A stretch of 64,000 nucleotides of DNA from positions 736,722 through 800,721 of the forward strand of contig CAJINV010000017.1 in assembly GCA_905178155.1 (NCBI GenBank). Reading direction: 5' to 3'. Below are positions 1 through 11,831 of this stretch, piece by piece (the stretch's first letter is position 1; each line of letters starts with the position of its first letter). The position numbers and the translations under genes were made by a program. Origin of the DNA: Amoebophrya sp. A120. Taxonomy: Eukaryota; Protista; Dinoflagellata. The notes under the pieces were generated by a model. It saw only the letters and a list, made by a program, of their open reading frames with translations. It was not told the origin of the DNA and searched no databases.

Positions 1-1048
1 AAAAACGAGTAATCCTATGAAAGACCACAAGGCTGGAGGTAGAGGAGCTGTTTCGCAGAACAACAACAATCCTAATCAACAGAAGCGACCCCATGGTAAG
101 TTAATACCCCTTGCGCTTGCAGGTCGTGGAGCAAATATAGCAAATCATGCACGGGCATGAACATAATCTTTTCGTACTCTCGAGCTGATCCGCTTGGGAG
201 ATGAACTTCAACTTGTACTTGGCGAGTGTTGATGAAATGCAAAAGTCAAAGTCTTTTTTGAAGAAAGCACCTGGATCAGTGCTGAATGGTAATTTTTCGT
301 TTGCAACATCACGAGTCGTTTCAACTTCGCCATGTATGTCCTTATCTCGGAGACTTTTTTACAAACACCACGGCCAAAAACTTGCTCATTCTAGACACAA
401 AAACCCACTGGAAAAAAACAAAAAAAAATATGCTGTGGAGAGCCAGGGGCGTTTGCGGTTGCCTCATCACCAGCGGGAAAAAACGCCACCACAACTGCTG
501 TTCACGTTTTGCTTGTGTAGTAAGTACTCCACTATATTATGTCCCGTATCGGTCTCGTGTCCTTCCTGCCAGTCGCTCATATTGATCTTGAATTTTCTTG
601 CAAGACGGTGGAGATCAAAGTTTGACTCGGGATCCGATCGTGCTGTCTGCGGGTTCAATCCTTGTTTGTGGTTCGAACGTTTTTTTCGAAGGATTTTCTG
701 GATCGTGTGAAAGAAATGACCTTTTGATGGAGAGGGTTCCTTTCTCTATGTTGAGTAAATGAGCATTCTGAGAGCAGAAATTGCAGGCGTGCTTTTCATT
801 TGAAGTCGCCCTGTGCGTTGTTGAGGGTTAACGAGGGAAGATCTATTGAAAGCGATCTGGTGGAGGTGGCGCATTCTTGTTATCCAAAGCAGTTTCTGGT
901 TACTCAAGACGTTCGGGCAACGTTTTGAAAAGGAAATCGAAGCTGATATGGAAGACCTGGTAGTTGTGGTGTTGACCACTGCTGAGGTGTGTTGTTGGCA
1001 TTTGTGGTTGAGCTTGCAGCTGCTGACTTGTTTTGCTTTGAGGAGTAT

Positions 1049-2908
1049 ATGTTGAAAGATCGATGCAGATCTTTCACGATGATGGCGACATGTTTCATCG
1101 AGTTTCTATTTTCTGTTTTTCCAGCACGACGCCTCCGCAAAATAGTACTAGTTTCAGGCTGGAGCATCAGTATTCTGCTCGTCTTCGTGCCCGGCGCAAA
1201 AGCAGTATTTCCTACTAGCTGGCTTGCACCACGACCAGCAGCTTCTACTTCCGGCCGTCCCAGTGCTAGTAGTAGCGGAACAGCCTTTTCCTCGGCCTTG
1301 TTTTCTCCGAGCACTCGGCCTCATCATGTTGACGGCGGCAGCACCAGGCTGCACGAGGATCTGTGTATTCCGGTGCTTTTCTGCACCACGGGCGCCCCGG
1401 TGCTCGTGGAGGATGCTGCAGACCCACCATCAAGTTCCGACAAGAATAACAATTGTCGAGTCCATGCAGGTCTCGACGCGGAACAACTACATCAGGCTGC
1501 GCGAGGCGCCGTTCCGATCAGCAGTACCACTTTGGGCGAGCTAAAGAAGAAAATAGAAGCGAAAACTGGCGTTCCGGCGACCCGGACGAGATTGCTTCTG
1601 GCCGGGAAGGACGGCGTGGTGTTGCGCGATGATGATGATGGTGTCTTTCAGGAGAGTTCTTCTACTACCTCCATGAGAACCAATGTCGCAGACGATTGGA
1701 CGATAGCGCGATGGATCCGCGAAGCGCAAGGTAGAAGTTCCAATGCCGAGGACGACCGGGGGAGAAGGAGGTCGCAGCCAGCAGTAATGTTGCAGGAGAA
1801 CCATCAAGAAATTATGGGCGGTGACGAAGAGCAGCTTTCTTTTCGTCCGCAAGACGGCGGCGTCGGAAGTAGTCGTGCGGCACGGGGACGAGGAAGTAGA
1901 GCCGCTGAAGGTCGTGGAGGAAATAACTCGCGCGTGTACAGCCATGCAAGCGAAGATGACGACACGGACACAAGTTCCCCACCAGACGCTGCTGGGTGTA
2001 GGCTTTTGGACTATAGTCATTGTATTCATGACCACCCGCTGAGAAGTCGTGAAACAGCAAGGCCAGCACCAGCGGGAGCCAGTACTGTAGGCTCCTCTAC
2101 TCCTTATCCTCGTAGTGTCCACGACCCGCGTGGCTGGCCACGCCCAACTGCCGCATTTTCTTTTCTGACGCGAAATAGAAGTAACAGACTGCGAGCAGGT
2201 GCAAGTCGTCTTGAAGCAGGAGAGGAGAACGCAGAAGATGATAATGCCCAACCCTCTTCGTGCGCCGGGTTGTTTCTGTTTGGGAGCTGCGCAACGCCGA
2301 TGGAGGGGGTTTCTTCTTCAGAAACTGCCCAGGCGGAAATGATTTCAGCATCGCAAGAGCTGTTCCCTCGTAGAAGACCACCACCCACTTTTGTTCCACC
2401 ACTTCCCACAACCCAAGACTGGGCGATCCAAGTGATTTTTCGGAAAAATCTGGTAGACCAGCTGGCGTTCGCGCTAATCGAAGCTGTGGAGCAGGAACGG
2501 GAGAGCGTGGGCACCAGTTTCGGGTCGAGGAACGTTCCCGCCCAGAAACTCTTCCAGCGGACGTTTTTTCCCCTGGTGTTCGACGGAATCTTGCGCCACG
2601 CATCTCTCGCACAGTTGCGCGCGGATGTGGCGGAGTTGCAGAGCGCCTCGGCACGGGCTCACGAGAAGATGAAGGAGTGGCACCGCCGGAGGAGCGCGAA
2701 ACTTGGGGGGTGCTGCTGTTCGAGCGACAGCGCGCTGAGTGCGGTGGCGTTTCGGAAGCTGCTGCAGCGGTTTCGGCTCACCACCCGGGGGTACGGCATA
2801 TTCGCGACTGATCTCGCAACTAGCAGAGAACGGTCAAAACACATCCCGAACACGTCATTACACCACCTGTTTGACTCGTGCTGGGATCATATGCAGGGAA
2901 ATGTGTAG
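1049..2908 (+). CDS. Hypothetical protein with N-terminal hydrophobic segment and ubiquitin-like segment
   Basis: Open frame 989-2908, first ATG at 1049. Hydrophobic stretch near the N-terminus. TTLGELKKKIEAKTGVPATRTRLLLAGK resembles the ubiquitin-fold helix/beta3 region. Confidence 0.6.
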   Translation: MLKDRCRSFTMMATCFIEFLFSVFPARRLRKIVLVSGWSISILLVFVPGAKAVFPTSWLAPRPAASTSGRPSASSSGTAFSSALFSPSTRPHHVDGGSTRLHEDLCIPVLFCTTGAPVLVEDAADPPSSSDKNNNCRVHAGLDAEQLHQAARGAVPISSTTLGELKKKIEAKTGVPATRTRLLLAGKDGVVLRDDDDGVFQESSSTTSMRTNVADDWTIARWIREAQGRSSNAEDDRGRRRSQPAVMLQENHQEIMGGDEEQLSFRPQDGGVGSSRAARGRGSRAAEGRGGNNSRVYSHASEDDDTDTSSPPDAAGCRLLDYSHCIHDHPLRSRETARPAPAGASTVGSSTPYPRSVHDPRGWPRPTAAFSFLTRNRSNRLRAGASRLEAGEENAEDDNAQPSSCAGLFLFGSCATPMEGVSSSETAQAEMISASQELFPRRRPPPTFVPPLPTTQDWAIQVIFRKNLVDQLAFALIEAVEQERESVGTSFGSRNVPAQKLFQRTFFPLVFDGILRHASLAQLRADVAELQSASARAHEKMKEWHRRRSAKLGGCCCSSDSALSAVAFRKLLQRFRLTTRGYGIFATDLATSRERSKHIPNTSLHHLFDSCWDHMQGNV

Positions 2909-3231
2909 AACTTGCTCCTTCTGGTATGTGTTTTAACGCCCTGCAGCTGCTCGTCCATACAGAGATACCTCCAGTGGTCTGCGGCTTTTCTACGACTGAG
3001 GTGTTTTTACGTATCAAGAATGTTGTGATGCATTCACTTCAGGTTTATATTTATTACGCGGAGGGTATGTCCATATCCTTGGCGGTGCACCACGTTTACT
3101 ATTGAAAATTCATGTATTTTCATAATTTTTCGGGGCGGGTGGTGGTGGAGGTGGAGCATGCTTGTCTCGATTGCATAAGCCACAACGCGAACCAGGGCAC
3201 AAAATTCTGGTGGAACACCTCGGAAAATGCT

Positions 3232-4915
3232 ATGGACTACGAGAGCGACGAAGATCAAGAGGAGGAGCAGGTGAGAAAAGTACCGAAGGAAGAACCTACA
3301 GATACAACCCATCAATGCGACACCGGGGGCCCGAGAGCGACTGCATCTTCTGCAGGAGGGCCGCAAGCTGGGCTGCAGCTCTCATCCTCTGCTCGAGCAG
3401 GGGCCGCAGAAGCTAGTGACGCGATGGACAATGCTGCACGGGTGCAAATGCAACAGAAAAATCCTCGGACTACAGGTTCTGGGAGCGCAACGACGGAAGT
3501 AGAAAATGGAGTGCACGCTGCAGAAGTAGATGTAGATGTTGACGTCGAGGATGATTCGGATTCGGAAGAAGCCGCTCTACAGCAGCTATGGTCGGAGGCA
3601 CAGGCACTGAAGCGGAAGTCTTACATGATCATCGACCCGGTTGTGGTGCTGGGCAGCGAGGCGTTTTTCCACCACTTTTAGGCACTGGAAAAGTTGACAG
3701 TTGCGGTTAGCGTTTGCCGTTTATTGGCGTACACAAGTGTAGTTTACTACGTCCGATTGTCCTCGCATGCGTTTTGCAGCTGTACCACGACAACGATTTT
3801 TTATATCGTCCTCAGTCTTGTAAGTACTGAACTACGGGAGGAGATGCAGGCCGTGCTGCATGAACGCAACGTCATTTTTTCACTGCATCTCCCTCTCTCC
3901 GAAATTCTGCCGACCGCGATGCAAACTGTTGAACAAGACGACTCCGTTCTTTCCGATGGAGATACAGGAGCGGAAAGCGAAACTCACTCCCGAGAGGATC
4001 GTCCCGGTCCCCCGCCGCGTTCCAGTACTTCGACAGGAGAGTCCGTGGGGGACGCAAGGAACCATGGCAATGCACTTCGTCAAGGCCAAAGGACGGTGAA
4101 CACATCTCCTTTCACGGTTGCGTGGGAGACGGACCGTTCTCTGCACCTAACGCCAACGCGTGTGACGATTCCGTTGAAGGACTTCATGCGGTACGGCCGC
4201 GCGGCCGCGTGCTCCTTTATGGTCAGGCAAGAAACTACTAGTACAACTCCTTACTGCTCCGTCGTAAGTAACAGCGTAATTGCTGACGCCGATTTTCCTG
4301 TTGCTTTCACGCACTGCTTTTGTGCGTCCGTTTGTGCATTCATGGTTGCTGGTGTGTTTTTTTTTGCCGTCCGACTTCCTTTATGGCTGCGAATTTTTGC
4401 AGTTGTAGTTGTAGATGAGTAGCGTGAAGATCGGCGCTGGAACAACAAGAAACAGCAATGTAAGTAGTTCGTGATGTGTTGTACTAGTTTCGGGTACGGA
4501 GCACTGTATAGCCACCACAACATCTGGTCTCGAGACCGCTATGTGCAGCTACGATTTTTTCCAGTACCACACCCAAAGCCGTTTTCTAGTCAGCCGCCGG
4601 GGGCCAAGCGAGCAAGGGCAGCATGAAGCTACGGGTGCGTCAACCAGGGCTGGCGCTGGTATTTTCACTGCGCAGGGAGGTGAAGCAGAACCAGAAGCCC
4701 TCAGAGATGCGGAGGAGCAGCAGCAGCAGGCACAGCAGATCCCGTTTTTGCGACAGCATTTTAATCCTGATCCGAATGTGTTAGAGAAGTACTCCGTCAA
4801 CATTCAGGTGAACAGCTGTTTTTTTGACCTCTTTCTGATGGGCTCCGGGAAAGAGCCAGATGAGTACTTTAAGGTAGTGCTGCGAGGCTACTTGTGCACG
4901 GCAAACAGAAGCTGA
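3232..4915 (+). CDS. Hypothetical protein, about 3 exons (approx. 3232-3660, 3830-4221, 4487-4915)
   Basis: Acidic N-terminus MDYESDEDQEEE. Three GC-richer coding-like blocks separated by AT-richer spacers. Exact junctions unresolved and probably non-canonical. Confidence 0.5.
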
Positions 4916-6530
4916 AGCTCAGTGTCGTCTTCATCTTCAGTGCTGCAAGTCATGGCCAAAATGGAAATGCAAAGTGATGTAATATGATGCTTTCGACACA
5001 AGCGGATTCGTCCTCACCGTCGCGCCATGCATGGTTATGTAGGAGTAGGACCTCTTGCGCGCATTCGAGTTCGACGTTCATGTTGTGCAACATCGTAGTT
5101 TTGAGAGAGCTTCTGTGTCATTTTTTGCACGGCATATTGCGTACCCGTTGACCAGAGCAAGGTGGAGTATGAATGCCTGTGACGACGACATGGGACTGGG
5201 AGTATGGTTTTGCGTTTGTTTCTTCCTTGTTTCGTCTTCTGTGTGTAGTCGCTTTCGACCAATAATTTTGAGGCGGTGTTCTTGTTGCACCAGTAAGGAA
5301 TAGAAGTGTCTGCACGACCACTAGTGCGACTGCTCGACGAAGGATTGGGTTTATGTACGATCATAGTGATTCGATTTCGAGCTCCAGCTGCAGATTCAGT
5401 ACCAGCACGTAGAAATATACGTTTTACACTTAGTATGCTGTATGCGCCGCAGCTCGTGCTCCCGTGGCATTCTCTGTCGAATCAGTAGTGCCGCCACGGC
5501 TGTCAAGGAATCTTGTGATTGAGAAAGGGTTAATCAATTTGTTTGCAGAAATGAAAAATCTAAATTGACGCTTGCTATAGGGGTAACAAGTGGGTCTACT
5601 CGTAAAATGGAAACCACACACGAAATTTTTGAAGACTTGATTACGAATATGAAATCGTAGTTCTGTTGTTCTCCTCTCAACCAGCTCATGAGCCTTAAGT
5701 TTTTCATTTTCATGAAAGATGGAGCAACCAATGGTGTAAAAATCGATATCGGTTCGTTGTCAGGTGGCATAATTGACAAGATCGAAGTTCGCCTTCGTCG
5801 TCGTCTGCCTTCGTCGCATTTCGTCGTGGACTGTATGTATCGTCGATCTCGCCGATGTAAATTTAGATGTCGGGTGTAGCAGCAGGTGAACTTGGATGAA
5901 TCAATTATAGGGTTTGCAGTTCTACCTTCTGTGCCTTTCTGAAAGTAACTACAAGTCGAGGTGTTGAACGAACTGCACAAATCGTATTTGTCGAAGATGG
6001 CGTCGTGCTCGTTAAGCTACAAAGAGGGTACGCATGTACAAAGAACGTCGCCGGACGTGGGTGACAGACTTCATCTACACCTTCGTTGTATAAGCATCCA
6101 TTAAGATAATTCAATGTGTGGGGTCGTCGTTATTATTTGAACTGATTCGACGTATTGGAAATCAATCATAGTCGTGACCGATGTGAGCTAGTACGCTTCT
6201 ACGCCAGGTATAAAATGGAATTATTTCCCCGCCTCGGGTTCTCTTTACATTTGTACGTGACTGAGTTTGTTCCTGATGCGTCGAAATCGTAGGCGACTCA
6301 TTTTTTTCCCTTGATTGACTCCACCGCTGATCAGGATCAGCGAGAAGTTCAACACTTTGAAGGGGAAGAAGAGCATCAGCATGCTGCACTGTGCTTGATG
6401 CACGGTGACAGATTCTGATCGTCGAAAACTGAGAATCAAAAAATCTGAAAAAATCGATATATTCGAAATCTAGTCTGAGGCCGTGTCGTCCGTGAGGCCA
6501 TTCATCAAAAAAATCAAAACTAAAACTACG

Positions 6531-9500
6531 ATGACTTTCACGTTGTTGCATGGCAGCAACGGGCTGGGGAGTGCCAAAGGCGTTCCGTATTTGCGGCTCC
6601 TGGCAACTTCACTCTGGTGTTGGTGGTCGTCGCCTGGATCGCGCCATGACAATTTTGCAACAGTTTCTGCCGGCAACGACCAAGGATCGCTATTCCGGTT
6701 CTGCGTCGGCGAAAAATTGCAGCCGCGAGAAGAAGAGCCTGTTTCATCGGGCGGTGTTGCTGGAGGTGCGGAAGATGTGTCGTATGCTGACTACCACGAC
6801 GAAGACAACTTCTATGCGACCCAAACGAGGACAACTGCGTCCTTGCCGCACCCGCAAGATGAACGCACGGGCACTGGAGGATCTAGTCGTACAACTGCAC
6901 TGGTCGAGAAGGAGAAGTTCTTGATGCAGTCGCAAAAAATTGAACCGGGTTCGGTTTCCACGGGCTCTGGTGCTGCTTCTGCAGCAGGAGCTGCCGATCG
7001 TCCTGCACACGGGGGAACCGAAAACGGAGAAAAACACGATGCTGTGGCGTTCGTGGAAAAGAAGTCCGCGGACGCTCTGGCGCGATTTGTCTCCGCGCTG
7101 CGGGACAGCTCGTCATCCTCAGAACTTTCCTCGCAGCGAGCAGTGGAGCGGGAGGACCGTGATGCAGAAGGAGCAGAGGGTGATGATGAAGCGGTTGGGA
7201 TTTCGTACGATGGAGCCACCGAATCCGCCGCAGCTTCTTTAGAGGAGGGGATGAAGATGTCGAACGGCTTCGGGGACGAAGCAGGTTCGGCCACGTCCTC
7301 TTTAAACCTGACGTCGTCCTTGGTCGAGGTTGCGCTCTCTCCTGATGAAGGCACCTTTTCGGTTTGGCAACGTGGGACGTGGAACGACAGGAGAGGCCGG
7401 GTCCCTCTGGATGGCGAGGGAGTCGAGCAACTCAACAAGGAAGAGGAATTGAGGAAGCTGGACGCGGAGTCGTCTTTGTTTGCTACCACTTTGCGGCTCA
7501 CCGACAAGGCGGAAGCCGAGAAACATGTAGTCCAGAAGGAGCACCCGGTCTTCAAGGAAGGCACGAAAAAATATGCAGATCTTAATAATGAAGAAGGAAA
7601 TAAAGGCTCGCCGAAGGGTGATCATCTCGGTTTCGTTGGCGATGAGGCGGGAGTCGTGGTGTGGATAAAGGTGCTCTACGCGATGGCGTCTTGGACCTTT
7701 GAGGATATTGGAGAAGCGAAGATGGGTTCCGGTCTTGAGGCGGGAACCAAACTGGCATTGGCGATCCTCGAAGACCTTGTGGACGCAATTCCAAAGCTGG
7801 GGATGCGCGAAAGGTTCGGTTTCATCGACGGCCACGAAAGTGAGCTGCTGTCGCAGGATTTTTTTTACGGTCTGCTGCTCTGCGGCTCTCGCGAGGTGCG
7901 CGCGATAATGGAAAAACTACGCAGGGTCATCACCCAGGTAAGCAGCGCCGGACCGCTACCGGAGAAGGAGGAAGCCAATGCCCGTGAAGAGGCTTTCAAG
8001 AGAGCAAACCAGGCATTGCAAGAGTTCGTCGCAGCTGTCGCACACAAGCTGAAGCAAGGGAGCGAAGCTGAGAAAAAGCACAAGCCGAAAGAAAAGATAG
8101 ATGCGCTGAAGACCGCTTTGTCAAAGGCAGTTACCGCCACAAACCGGGGGGCGTCTGGCTGGCGCCAGATGTTTTCTGGGGATAATGGCATCCAAAAAGC
8201 ATTGCGAGCGCTTGCGGGTGTCGTTTCGAAGGCGGTTCCTTCGTATCACGCAAAAGGCGGGATTCTCCCGAGCATCAACATTTTCAGCGATCGCGCGTTC
8301 CAACGACGCTCACGCTTACATCTAGATGTCCTCGTCCTCGAAAAAGAAAAAACCTCCAACAAGAAGAACGCTCCATCCGGCGGTTCCAAATCCCCTAAGC
8401 TTGCACACATGGAGGATGCTGTCGCTTTTTATCTCCTTGGATACGAGGACGTGGCGCACATCAAGAAGAAAATTGGTCCGGGGGAAAAGCATGACAGTGG
8501 CGCCGCAGCTATTGTCAAAGCATGGAAGCATGTGCATGATTGTCTCCAAGGCCACGACGAGCAGCACGCTGGCCAAGAACACAGAGGAGATGGGCACAGG
8601 CCCAGCGAACAACACCAGGACGGCGCGAAGAATGCGCAACACGAGCATGCAGGCCTTGTCGCTGCATGGACAGAGACACTGCGGCCGCTCATGCATCAGG
8701 CGCACAAGGAAATCCATCCTGGCCTTAAGGTCGCACCAGGCGGGACATTCAATACAGGCATCATTGCAGTAAATCTAAAAGAGCGAGAACCGGCGACGCT
8801 TACCATCTGGAAAGTGGTATCATACACGCTAGAAAAGATCGTCGAAGCAGTCGCGAAGCGTGCGCAGGAGAAGTCCGTTGTTCGCGAGAAGCTGCCCGCG
8901 CGCCTTTCCATTCACTTTCTACACGGTCTGGTGCTCGCCGGTATTCCGGAACGCGACATTGGGAGCGCCAAAAATTTGGCGAGACTCGCGGGCTCCTTCG
9001 ATGAGTTCGTGTATGACGAGGATGATAAGGATTTCATGAGAGACGCACGTGACAAGTTGGTTTCGGCCCTGCCGTCGCTCGATGAGTCGCACGGGCCGCC
9101 GCAAAGTCAGCCTGTGCCGGATACGTTGCCCACATTACAAGATGAAATGTCCTCTTATTTGTCGGAGCTTGTTCTGGCGCGCGACGTAGAAAACGCACTG
9201 CGATTTGCACTGGACTGGACGTTTGTTTGGCTACCATGGACAGCGGTCTCAAGCCCAGAAAAACAAGCGCCGGAGTACCTTTCGCACCACCTGGTGTACC
9301 AGCTTCACCAAGGGAGGTACTGGCGTTTGGTATCAAAATTCGATGAACCAGACCCAGCCTGGTTAGACGAAGACCGGCTATTGAGATACGAAAACTTCCC
9401 CGTTATTGCCTACAACGAACGACATCTGGTGTACCATCTGATTATGGCGACTTTCGGCGCTAGCAAGAAGGTCGTGCGCAATTACCTTCACCTGTGCTGG

Positions 9501-11831
9501 CATTCTGGAGAGCATGGTCATGGGGCTGGTCACGAGCATGGGGGTGGTCACGGACATGGTCATGGGGCTGGTCACGAACATGGTGACGAGCATGGGGGTG
9601 GTCATGGGGGTGGTCACGGGCATGCTCATGGGGGTGGTAACGAGCATGGGGGTGGTCACGAACATGGTCATGGGGCTGGTCACGAACATGGTCACGAGCA
9701 TGGGGGTGGTCATGGGGGTGGTCACGGGCATGTTCATGGGGGTGGTCATGGGGATGGGCATGGCCATGACGGCCATCGCAGTGGCATAAAAAAGAAGCAT
9801 TCTTGCGAGGACAGCGACCCTGCGTACGAGTTCCTCATGAAGCGCATGGAAGCGCTCACATCTTGGGTTTCTGCGGACTTCGTTGCAAAGACCGCTGGGA
9901 ACGAGGACCCATCGGAAGAGGAGAAGGAGCTGCGCAAGGAAATGTTCCAGAAAAGATTCAACAAAAATTTTCTGCGGGCCGCCGCGCTTGCGACGTTACG
10001 TCCCTTGGTTGCCGAGAAATTGGTTGAGGAAAAATGCTTTCGTCAACAATGGAACAATTACTTCCACCCCGATGTCCTCGGCGGACCGGTCCCGGACAAA
10101 GGTAGTGCGCACAGTAGTGACAGCGAAGGCGAGATGCTCGCTGTGGACATCTCTCAGAAATCGAACATACTGAAGATCGTGGGCGACGCCGAACACAAAA
10201 ACACCATGATGGACACCGTGAACGACTTTGTCACGAAATGCGTCAAGGCGGACAAGATTCCGGACAAACTGGAAAAAGAGTCGCCAAAAGAGAAGGCTCA
10301 GCGAATGCTCGGCGGGTTTGCGGACTCTGTGCAGACATCTGCTGCCAAAGCAGGAGCACGAGCCAGAGATGCAGGAGCGCGAGCAGTTGATCCAGTGGCA
10401 CGGCAAGCAGGGCGTGCGCGGAGCGCTGCCGGACACGGAGCTGAGCGTGCTCGACAAGCGGGAGGCCGTGTCGCAGACGGAGCTCACAATGCGCGAAGCC
10501 GTGCCCGTGTCGGAGAACGTGCTACAGCATTCGGGCGTTGGATCAGTGGAAAAGACAAGCTGGAGGCTGCTGTAGAAGATTTAGCACAGCTTCTAGGACA
10601 CGACGCAAAAGTCGACGTGAACTGGTGGACTACGAAAACACACAAACAGTACAAGCTAATGCAAATATGTTTTCAGAAGCATCATGATCAGCAGGAGATG
10701 CAGCAGCAGGAGCAGTCGGAGGACGTCGACAAATTTGTCGCACGCAAAGCGCTGCAGGTCCTGGCCAGGTACGTTAGTCACTACCCTAAGGCAATCAAAA
10801 AGCTTAAAGACGGCAAATCGAAGCCGTTCAATCAGCAAAAGGGTTTCAGTGCTAGTGAGTGGCTCAACGCAAAGTTTGGCGGTCGCTTCAACGCGAACTT
10901 TCTTCGGGCTGCAGTATTCATTGCGACAGATGCCGCCAAAATATATCACGATAAACATCATGGCGAAGGTGATGGTGAAAGCGAGACCACTGACACCGCG
11001 GTGGCGTGCGCAGCCTTTAGTGGCTTCACGTACGAGGACGGCCACTGCAAGGCGGACGCTCCAAAGGACAACGGTCCAAAAGCGATCTCGACCGCACAAC
11101 CGCACGCGCCCCAATCTCCGGAGTCTGACCACACAACGGCCCCCGACCCCACGCATTCGCACAACGACAACTGCCTGAAGAATCTCTTTAGTCTGGTTGA
11201 CGGTATTGCAACAGCAGAAGCGAAACTGGAGAAGCTGCGTCACGACGCGAAAGCGCACGATGAAAAGGCAGAAGAGCAGAAGACGAGGTTGGAAGGTGTA
11301 GTCGAGAAGAACCTTAAAGAGGTTACAAGAGAATTGGAAGCGGCTACGAAAGCCCTTGTAGACCAAGTGGAGAAAAGCGGCGTGTTGCGCGGTGAAATGA
11401 AAAATGTCCACAAAGCCGCAGATGAAGTTCAAGTCGAAGTCGCCGCTTCTGCTTCTTCCATGATCGAAAAAGCGGAGGCGAAATCGGGGAGTGGCGGGGC
11501 GGCCTGGAATGTCCAGGGTTCCGCTCAAGAAGAAGCAGTCGACCGAGATGCGTTTTTTTTCACTGACGAATCACTTCTCGACCATGTCGACCCGGAGGAA
11601 GGAACGGCGGTGCCACCACCAGAGAGTTTTGCAGAACGGAAGACGTCGGCTGCGGCGGCGGTGGCAACTTCTACATGGAAACCGTTCGTGTCCGGCGGCT
11701 CCGCTGGTGGCGAAGTTACGTGGAGTGAAAACGCTGGAAATGACGAGCACGACCAGGATGACACTATTGACCGGAGCGAGCAGGGTCCTCTGGGTTGCGC
11801 GCCAGAGGAGATCGTCGCTAAAGCCCGGTGA
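6531..11831 (+). CDS. Large putative secreted protein with His/Gly-rich repeat and divergent internal repeats
   Basis: Uninterrupted 1782-codon ORF, first ATG at 6531. Short hydrophobic leader, HG-rich tract and recurring RF/L-S/N-x-x-F-L motif. Function unknown. Confidence 0.8.
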   Translation: MTFTLLHGSNGLGSAKGVPYLRLLATSLWCWWSSPGSRHDNFATVSAGNDQGSLFRFCVGEKLQPREEEPVSSGGVAGGAEDVSYADYHDEDNFYATQTRTTASLPHPQDERTGTGGSSRTTALVEKEKFLMQSQKIEPGSVSTGSGAASAAGAADRPAHGGTENGEKHDAVAFVEKKSADALARFVSALRDSSSSSELSSQRAVEREDRDAEGAEGDDEAVGISYDGATESAAASLEEGMKMSNGFGDEAGSATSSLNLTSSLVEVALSPDEGTFSVWQRGTWNDRRGRVPLDGEGVEQLNKEEELRKLDAESSLFATTLRLTDKAEAEKHVVQKEHPVFKEGTKKYADLNNEEGNKGSPKGDHLGFVGDEAGVVVWIKVLYAMASWTFEDIGEAKMGSGLEAGTKLALAILEDLVDAIPKLGMRERFGFIDGHESELLSQDFFYGLLLCGSREVRAIMEKLRRVITQVSSAGPLPEKEEANAREEAFKRANQALQEFVAAVAHKLKQGSEAEKKHKPKEKIDALKTALSKAVTATNRGASGWRQMFSGDNGIQKALRALAGVVSKAVPSYHAKGGILPSINIFSDRAFQRRSRLHLDVLVLEKEKTSNKKNAPSGGSKSPKLAHMEDAVAFYLLGYEDVAHIKKKIGPGEKHDSGAAAIVKAWKHVHDCLQGHDEQHAGQEHRGDGHRPSEQHQDGAKNAQHEHAGLVAAWTETLRPLMHQAHKEIHPGLKVAPGGTFNTGIIAVNLKEREPATLTIWKVVSYTLEKIVEAVAKRAQEKSVVREKLPARLSIHFLHGLVLAGIPERDIGSAKNLARLAGSFDEFVYDEDDKDFMRDARDKLVSALPSLDESHGPPQSQPVPDTLPTLQDEMSSYLSELVLARDVENALRFALDWTFVWLPWTAVSSPEKQAPEYLSHHLVYQLHQGRYWRLVSKFDEPDPAWLDEDRLLRYENFPVIAYNERHLVYHLIMATFGASKKVVRNYLHLCWHSGEHGHGAGHEHGGGHGHGHGAGHEHGDEHGGGHGGGHGHAHGGGNEHGGGHEHGHGAGHEHGHEHGGGHGGGHGHVHGGGHGDGHGHDGHRSGIKKKHSCEDSDPAYEFLMKRMEALTSWVSADFVAKTAGNEDPSEEEKELRKEMFQKRFNKNFLRAAALATLRPLVAEKLVEEKCFRQQWNNYFHPDVLGGPVPDKGSAHSSDSEGEMLAVDISQKSNILKIVGDAEHKNTMMDTVNDFVTKCVKADKIPDKLEKESPKEKAQRMLGGFADSVQTSAAKAGARARDAGARAVDPVARQAGRARSAAGHGAERARQAGGRVADGAHNARSRARVGERATAFGRWISGKDKLEAAVEDLAQLLGHDAKVDVNWWTTKTHKQYKLMQICFQKHHDQQEMQQQEQSEDVDKFVARKALQVLARYVSHYPKAIKKLKDGKSKPFNQQKGFSASEWLNAKFGGRFNANFLRAAVFIATDAAKIYHDKHHGEGDGESETTDTAVACAAFSGFTYEDGHCKADAPKDNGPKAISTAQPHAPQSPESDHTTAPDPTHSHNDNCLKNLFSLVDGIATAEAKLEKLRHDAKAHDEKAEEQKTRLEGVVEKNLKEVTRELEAATKALVDQVEKSGVLRGEMKNVHKAADEVQVEVAASASSMIEKAEAKSGSGGAAWNVQGSAQEEAVDRDAFFFTDESLLDHVDPEEGTAVPPPESFAERKTSAAAAVATSTWKPFVSGGSAGGEVTWSENAGNDEHDQDDTIDRSEQGPLGCAPEEIVAKAR
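9501..9780 (+). repeat. His/Gly-rich coding repeat containing a 108-bp (36-aa) tandem duplication
   Basis: 9534-9641 (EHGGGHGHGHGAGHEHGDEHGGGHGGGHGHAHGGGN) is repeated at 9642-9749 with few changes. Confidence 0.9.

Noticed and set aside
1-990. Possible minus-strand gene remnant (CSCPCMICYIC-like peptide near 100-300)
   Set aside because: Only short frames with no coherent exon chain or recognisable domain.
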